Below are positions 55,645-64,000 of a DNA stretch of 64,000 bases, piece after piece; the first letter of the stretch is position 1; every line of letters starts with the position of its first letter. Under the pieces are notes generated by a model. The model saw only the letters and a program-made list of their open reading frames with translations. It ran no database searches and was not told the origin of the DNA. A program made the translations under genes and the position numbers. Source of the DNA: the human T2T-CHM13v2.0 reference genome, Homo sapiens; NCBI RefSeq assembly GCF_009914755.1, contig NC_060926.1; one strand, written 5' to 3'.

Positions 55645-55764
55645 AAAAAAAAAAAAAGGAAGAAGGAAAGAAAGAAAGAAAGGAAGGAAGGAAGGAAGGA
55701 AGGAAGGAAGGAAGGAAGGAAAGAAGGAAGGAAGGAAGGAAAGAAAGAAAGAAAGCAAGCAAGC
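55645..55764. repeat. Polypurine tract with (GGAA)10-AGAA-(GGAA)4 and (GAAA)n
   Basis: 10 consecutive GGAA at 55682-55721 and 4 more at 55726-55741. Confidence 0.97.
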
Positions 55765-56194
55765 TGCACAAAAAGAACCACAGAGACTCCAAAAAAAAAA
55801 AAATCTGATAAGCTGCATTCAAATCACCTACTTAGAAGAGAAATTAATGTTAACTGCTAGGATCAAAGAATGAACTAAAGACACGGCTCTGAATTTTTAA
55901 CCCCAATTTTTCATTCCAGTCACATGCTATGACTTCTCTGTGGACTTCCGACATTGATTCCACCATTGGAAGCAGTGAGTGCCTGGACCCTGCAGCCTGC
56001 AGGGGGTTCCCACCTGCCCGCCTCAGCCTGGCTGCACCCGGCCTGGTATAAATGGACCCTCCTACTCAGACATAGGCCGGGCATCCTCCCTTAGCCCCAC
56101 AGCCCCCACTTACCATTCAACAGGTATCCGACATGTGACATTTGAAGAGAAAAATTATCCACAGGATCATCGAGGGTCAGAATCTTACTAAACT

Positions 56195-56334
56195 GGCCTG
56201 GTGTGGTGGCTGAAGCCTCCAATCCCAACACTTTGGGAGGCCAAGGCAGGAGGATTGCTTGAGCTCAGGAGTTTGAGATCAACATGGGCAACATAGGGAG
56301 ACCCCTGTCTGTATGTCAGAAAAAAAAAAGAAGA
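56195..56334 (+). mobile_element. FLAM-C-like Alu monomer
   Basis: Left-monomer only with A tail; 15-bp TSD AGAATC(T/C)TACTAAAC. Confidence 0.9.
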
Positions 56335-56394
56335 AGAATCCTACTAAACCATCTCTCCTGGGGATGGGTTGTTTTTTAAAGGGGAGGTCAATCA

Positions 56395-56458
56395 TTAGGG
56401 TGGTACAAAAGTGACTGTCGTTTTTGCCATAGAAAATAATGGCAAATGACTAATCTAA
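56395..56458. mobile_element. MADE1 (Hsmar1 MITE), internally deleted
   Basis: TTAGGGTGGTACAAAAGTGACTGTCGTTTTTGCCAT..AATGGCAAA..ACTAATCTAA. Confidence 0.75.
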
Positions 56459-57028
56459 TATCACAAGAGAAACATTATACTCAAAGTATTTTACAATTAA
56501 AAAATAAATTATACTTTCTATTTTGTAATATCTCACTGTCTCCACTAGTAAGAATGGAGGGTGGGAGAAGATTTGTGGCATTCTCAAATAAAGCTTCTGC
56601 AGCACCAAGGATATTTTCAAAGACTCTGCAAGGCCAACTGAAAGAAACTATTTTCCCAACAGCATTTCAGGAGAAAGTAAGTGTTCTACCAAAGTAATTT
56701 TTCTAATACGCTTGGGCTGAACACTTAGACATTCTAACTTCAGTTTAGAACCAATCTTATTGTTCAGCACTATAGACATTATGGAAAGAAGACTCGACTT
56801 CCAGTGAACTAAAAAGAAAAAGCCCCAGTGCATCCAGGCCAGCTGCCCGACTATTCAGCTCGTGCACTGTTACTACGTGCTCAGTACTCATTAAACCTTT
56901 CGCTAGCCCTAATTACTCAGATAAAAGCAAATGTGTGTATAAAGTCCATATTAAAATATTATCACATCCTTCCACACTATCATTGGGCACTGTTTTCAGA
57001 TTTTCTCCATTAAATTGAAGACATTCTC

Positions 57029-57318
57029 AGCCAGTGGCTCACACCGGTAATCCCAGCACTTTGGGAGGCCGAGGTGGGTGGATCACCTGAGGTCAAGAGT
57101 TCAAGACCAGCCTGACGTGGTGAAACCCCATCTCTACTAAAAATAAAAAAATTAGCTGGGCATGGTGGCGCGTGCCTGCAGTCCTAGCTACTTGGGAGGC
57201 TAAGGCAGGAGAATCGCTTAAACCTGGAGGCGGAGGTTGCAGTGAGCCGAGATCACGCCATTGCACTCCAGCATGGGCGACAAGAGCAAGACTCTGTCTC
57301 AAAAAAAAAAAAAAAAAT
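57029..57318 (+). mobile_element. Alu SINE (AluSq/Sp-like, small deletions)
   Basis: Dimer with poly-A; TSD TGAAGACATTCTC. Confidence 0.95.
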
Positions 57319-58503
57319 GAAGACATTCTCAGTCATCCCTCAAAGCCCAAGCAAACCCATGTGAGGAGCCGTCAGCACTGGTCCTCTTCTGTTGTCTGGA
57401 TCTCAGCTAAGGTCATGATCATTACTGGCTTTCCTCGCCAGAGTAACAGAAAGCAAGAACTTTCACTGCAGGCTTTCCATGGTACTTGGCACTCAGTTGA
57501 GAACATGCCTGATATATTCTGGTGAACCAGAAATGACACAGTCATGGGTTCATTGACAGTGCATTAAGCATGTCCCTATACACATGTGGGCAAAATCAAA
57601 TAATTCTATATGAAAGGGGAAACAGTTACTCTCTCTTCACATATGCACACGGGCACACACACCCAGGTGCTCTCTCTGCAGCACTATCTCATCCTTTGTT
57701 TCTGTTAACTAGCAACTACCCCTTACTCACTCCAAGAAAAGAACCACCTCAGCAAAATAGAAGCATTCTTTCTTTCTGCCACTTCCACCTAAAGCCCAGC
57801 ATCTCAGCCCACCTTAGCAGGGAAACTCACACTGGCCTCCTTCAATACAGTTACTGCCATTTGTAAGAAAGGGGGGCTGACGGAGTTTCACATCGCTGTT
57901 TTGATGAGTGCTGCTTCCTTGTAATTCCCAATGGTCACCCTTCAGATTGGTTGTCATCCCACACGCAGTTAAGAAGTATCTTCCAAGAAAGAGTGAGTGC
58001 CCCTGTCAAGTGAGTCCTGTAACATATAGGTTTACACTTCAGTCTGAAACAGCAGGCCAAGGCCAAACATCTTATAAGGATAACTTTGGGATCTACCAGG
58101 CAGAACCCATGAAGGTTTTAAGACACCCTCCTCTCTCTAAGCCTCATACAAGTCCTCAGGTTGAGATCCACATTTCCTATCTGTGTGTTTTGGGGGAGGG
58201 TTCACCCACCTAAGCATTTACGCCGCATGCCATGCTAGGACCAAAAGCACAAAGCTGGGCAGGACCCAGGACGTGCCCTCAAGTGGCTCACACCAGGAAC
58301 GATTGGAAAGGAATGATTGGAACGATTGGAAAGGCTTTGCTGGCTGACCGACCTCAGAGGCTAACTCTAGACCCCAGAAGCAGTGACCCATCTGACCTGC
58401 GCAGACTTCCCAATTGGGTCACCATTAACAAGGTGTGGGGAAGCATATACGCTTTCCAAAATAATGCATGTGACCTCAAATATACAGCATCATGTAGGTC
58501 TTT

Positions 58504-58707
58504 TTTGTTTTTGTTTTTCTTAATTTTAAGTTCCAGGATACTTGTGCAGAAGGTGCAGGTTTGTTGCATAGGTAAAAGTGTGCCATGGTGGCTTGCTGCA
58601 CCTATCAACCCATCACCTAGGTATTAAGCCCCGCAAGCATTAGCTGCTTATCCTGATGCTCTGCTCCCCCCGCTCCCCTGACAGGCCCCAGTGTGTACTG
58701 TTCCCCT
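58504..58707 (-). mobile_element. Short 5'-truncated L1PA (PA8-10-like) 3' end
   Basis: TTTAAGTTCCAGGATAC..CATCACCTAGGTATTAAGCCC; perfect 13-bp TSD CATGTAGGTCTTT (58491-58503, 58708-58720). Confidence 0.93.
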
Positions 58708-58720
58708 CATGTAGGTCTTT

Positions 58721-61590
<2,870 letters not shown>

Positions 61591-63294
61591 GTGAAAGAGA
61601 CCAGGCCAGCGGCCTTGGCATATTACTCCTTCCACCAACTTCAAATAGGAACTTCCCCACCCTAATGCCAGAGCTTTGCCCTCTATTCCCTTTCCACCTG
61701 CGCCCAGGCATTAAGTCACTCATTCATTCAGTTAGCATTGTTGAGTGTCAACAGGCCTTTGGGCTATGGTTGTGGTCACACTTCCTACTTCCAGGAGCCT
61801 GCAATAGGACACAGCTCTGAGGACTGAGCTGAGCCCCACAGTTATCTCTTGAGAGTTAAAACTGGCTCTGAGCCCCTGTGTATGGTCAGTGAAGATGGGA
61901 GACACAGCGGGTGGGAAGAAAGAGACAATGGTGCAGGGCGTGGAAGGGGCATTGGGGGTCAGCGGCTGTGTGTGACTCACGCCAACCAACCCACAGGAAA
62001 CCAAGTAGAGAAACCAGAATGTCAATGCATTAATTTTTAACTGAAACAAAAGATGACCACCAACTTTACCAGCGCTTACTTCCTGTGGCCAAACATTTGC
62101 TCCGTGTAGACAAATTACACTGGGAAACCAAATGATAATCAGAAGTTTGCTCAACAACCTTGGAGGGAAAAGAGTGAGAATTGTTTCCAATTTGAAGGCG
62201 TCCTAACATCACGTGAACTCATTTCTATGGCAAGGCATTGCTGGCAGCTACAGTGGACCCGCCTCTAGGCCGGGAGCCCTCCCTGCACCGGGAGGACACT
62301 GTGTCTGTGTCTGCCTCTCTGCTTCTTCTGAAACATTCAGCCCATTCTCCAGAAACACAAACACTGTCTTTGCACGTGATCATGCTCTGAACATGGCTGT
62401 AGTAAAAGTATGTTCAGAAGACAGCCAGGGTGTTTTGCTCCTCTGATTTGACTTATAATTTAACTCTTTAAACAAGTTATTTCTAATTTCTTGGGGACAG
62501 GAAGAATGTGCATTTGGCCGGCAAAGGAACTGAGGCTCAAGAGTTCACAGGACTCAACTATCCCCGGCTACCCAGATGATGGCTGCCAAACTGGATTACA
62601 ACCCAGGTTTTAATCTAAACTAAATCCAACTAAAAAGGAGTAAATGTCTGAAAATGCCAGTCAAAGCACGAAAGGTTAAGTGGCTAAATTTGGCACCTAA
62701 CCACATCAACCTCTGTGGCTAAGAAGCTGGAAAGTGGAGACCCTGACTTCTACTCCTTTATAACTTCCCACAGTACCTGGTCCAAAATGTGCTCAGGCAG
62801 GCTATTCATACGTGTTGACAGCTAAGTAACCCCCTTCCCCAGATGGTCCCAAACATCCACAGAGGCCTAAGGCTAAACCACATATTTTTTTCCCTTTTCC
62901 CTTCAAGTCACCTTTCAACCCACACCAGGACTCCTTCAGGGAACAGCTGGGGGTCCCTGAGTCTCTTGCTGGAGGGTCTGCACCATCCTCTCCCTGTCCC
63001 AAAGTTCTCTGAGTCTCTGGACCTTTCTGTCCCCCTGTCTTCCCCACTTGGACTCTACTTCATCTTAGAGATGCTCCCATCGGGTTTGGGTTGGTGACGG
63101 TTATCCTTAGAGGCACAGGTGGGTCCTACCTCCATCCTGGACCAGGGCACCCTTCCTTCACGGTGGCCATCCCCTCATTGCTAGCAAAGCCTCTGTGGCT
63201 CCCTGTCCCACTGAAGATTCCCACCCTGCCAGGACTTTGGAGCAGAAGGAAAATTCCATCTGGCCTCACATTTCACAGGTACTTCTTGAGTGCC

Positions 63295-63390
63295 TGGGAT
63301 TTAACCTCTCAGCTCCTCAGTTTCTCCATCTGTAAAAGTAAAGGAGGTCAGGTTGGATGATCTCTAAGCTCCCTTCCATCTCTGTTCATT
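63295..63390 (+). mobile_element. MIR3/MIR core fragment
   Basis: TTAACCTCTC..CCTCAGTTTCTCCATCTGTAAAA..GATGATCTCTAAG. Confidence 0.7.
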
Positions 63391-64000
63391 GGTGATTCTC
63401 AGTGCATGAACATTTTTAAGGATCACTGGAAGGGAGTATAACATAAATAATCAATTTAGTGAAAACACATACATTCCAATGAAATGCAAATTTCTTTAAG
63501 ATGACTATAGCAGTAGTGTAAAGTGAGTCTGGGTGATAGCATGGAAGTCATCCCTATACCACCTGCAAAGGGACTGCCCTCAGGGAAAAATAACTGAGTA
63601 GTAAAGGAAAAGGAAGTGATGCTATTTTATCATGTCGACTTCCCGGTATATTGTTTTAAGCTATTTGATGTTTTGGCTTTTATGGTAGGAAAAAACATCT
63701 ACCTGTAGAATGTTCAAATGAGTTGTCCATTTTCACGTGCACATTACAAACCAGAAGAACATTTATCATATAAGGTAATGGAAGCCTGTTTATGTAAGCT
63801 TGTTATGTTCAAGGCAACAAATTCAGAGTGTGTAGGCTGTACGTACAATGCAGTTTTTAAATCTGCTTACATTAAAAATTCTTTCTTTTCTGACATCTTC
63901 TGGTTCCTTTTTTCCTTATCACAAGGTTTCCTGAGCTGGGCTCCATAGACATTAAGAGACTTCTGGATGCACCTCAGAGGTGCCCTCAGCCCCCTAAAGT

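Overview
Primate (human-like) non-coding genomic DNA. I can support no protein-coding exon, tRNA, rRNA or CRISPR array; the ORF track is explained by Alu/L1/LTR/simple-repeat read-through or chance ORFs. I could not name the locus. The window is a mosaic of interspersed repeats: 13 Alu/FLAM copies, L1PA and old L1M fragments, MIR/L2, MaLR LTRs, MER1A, MER2, MER5, MER94 and MADE1. Subfamily names are recognised by eye and need RepeatMasker/Dfam confirmation. Between the repeats lie motif-dense unique blocks that look like enhancers. Main points: (1) a ~4 kb decayed class III (ERVL-type) proviral interior at ~29.5-33.6 kb with gag, protease, RT, RNaseH, integrase and dUTPase remnants in order; (2) a head-to-head MER41A/MER41B LTR pair at 38.4-40.6 kb, the MER41B keeping one intact STAT GAS site; (3) plus-strand splice signals around it, including an acceptor fused directly to a donor (recursive-splice-like CAG|GTAAC); (4) a CpG-island promoter-like region at ~48.7-49.8 kb with no visible coding gene; (5) a Z-DNA-prone tract next to a 20-bp E-box VNTR; (6) a GGAA microsatellite ~300 bp upstream of a TATA/NF-kB-like core. 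All regulatory and splicing claims are motif-level hypotheses.
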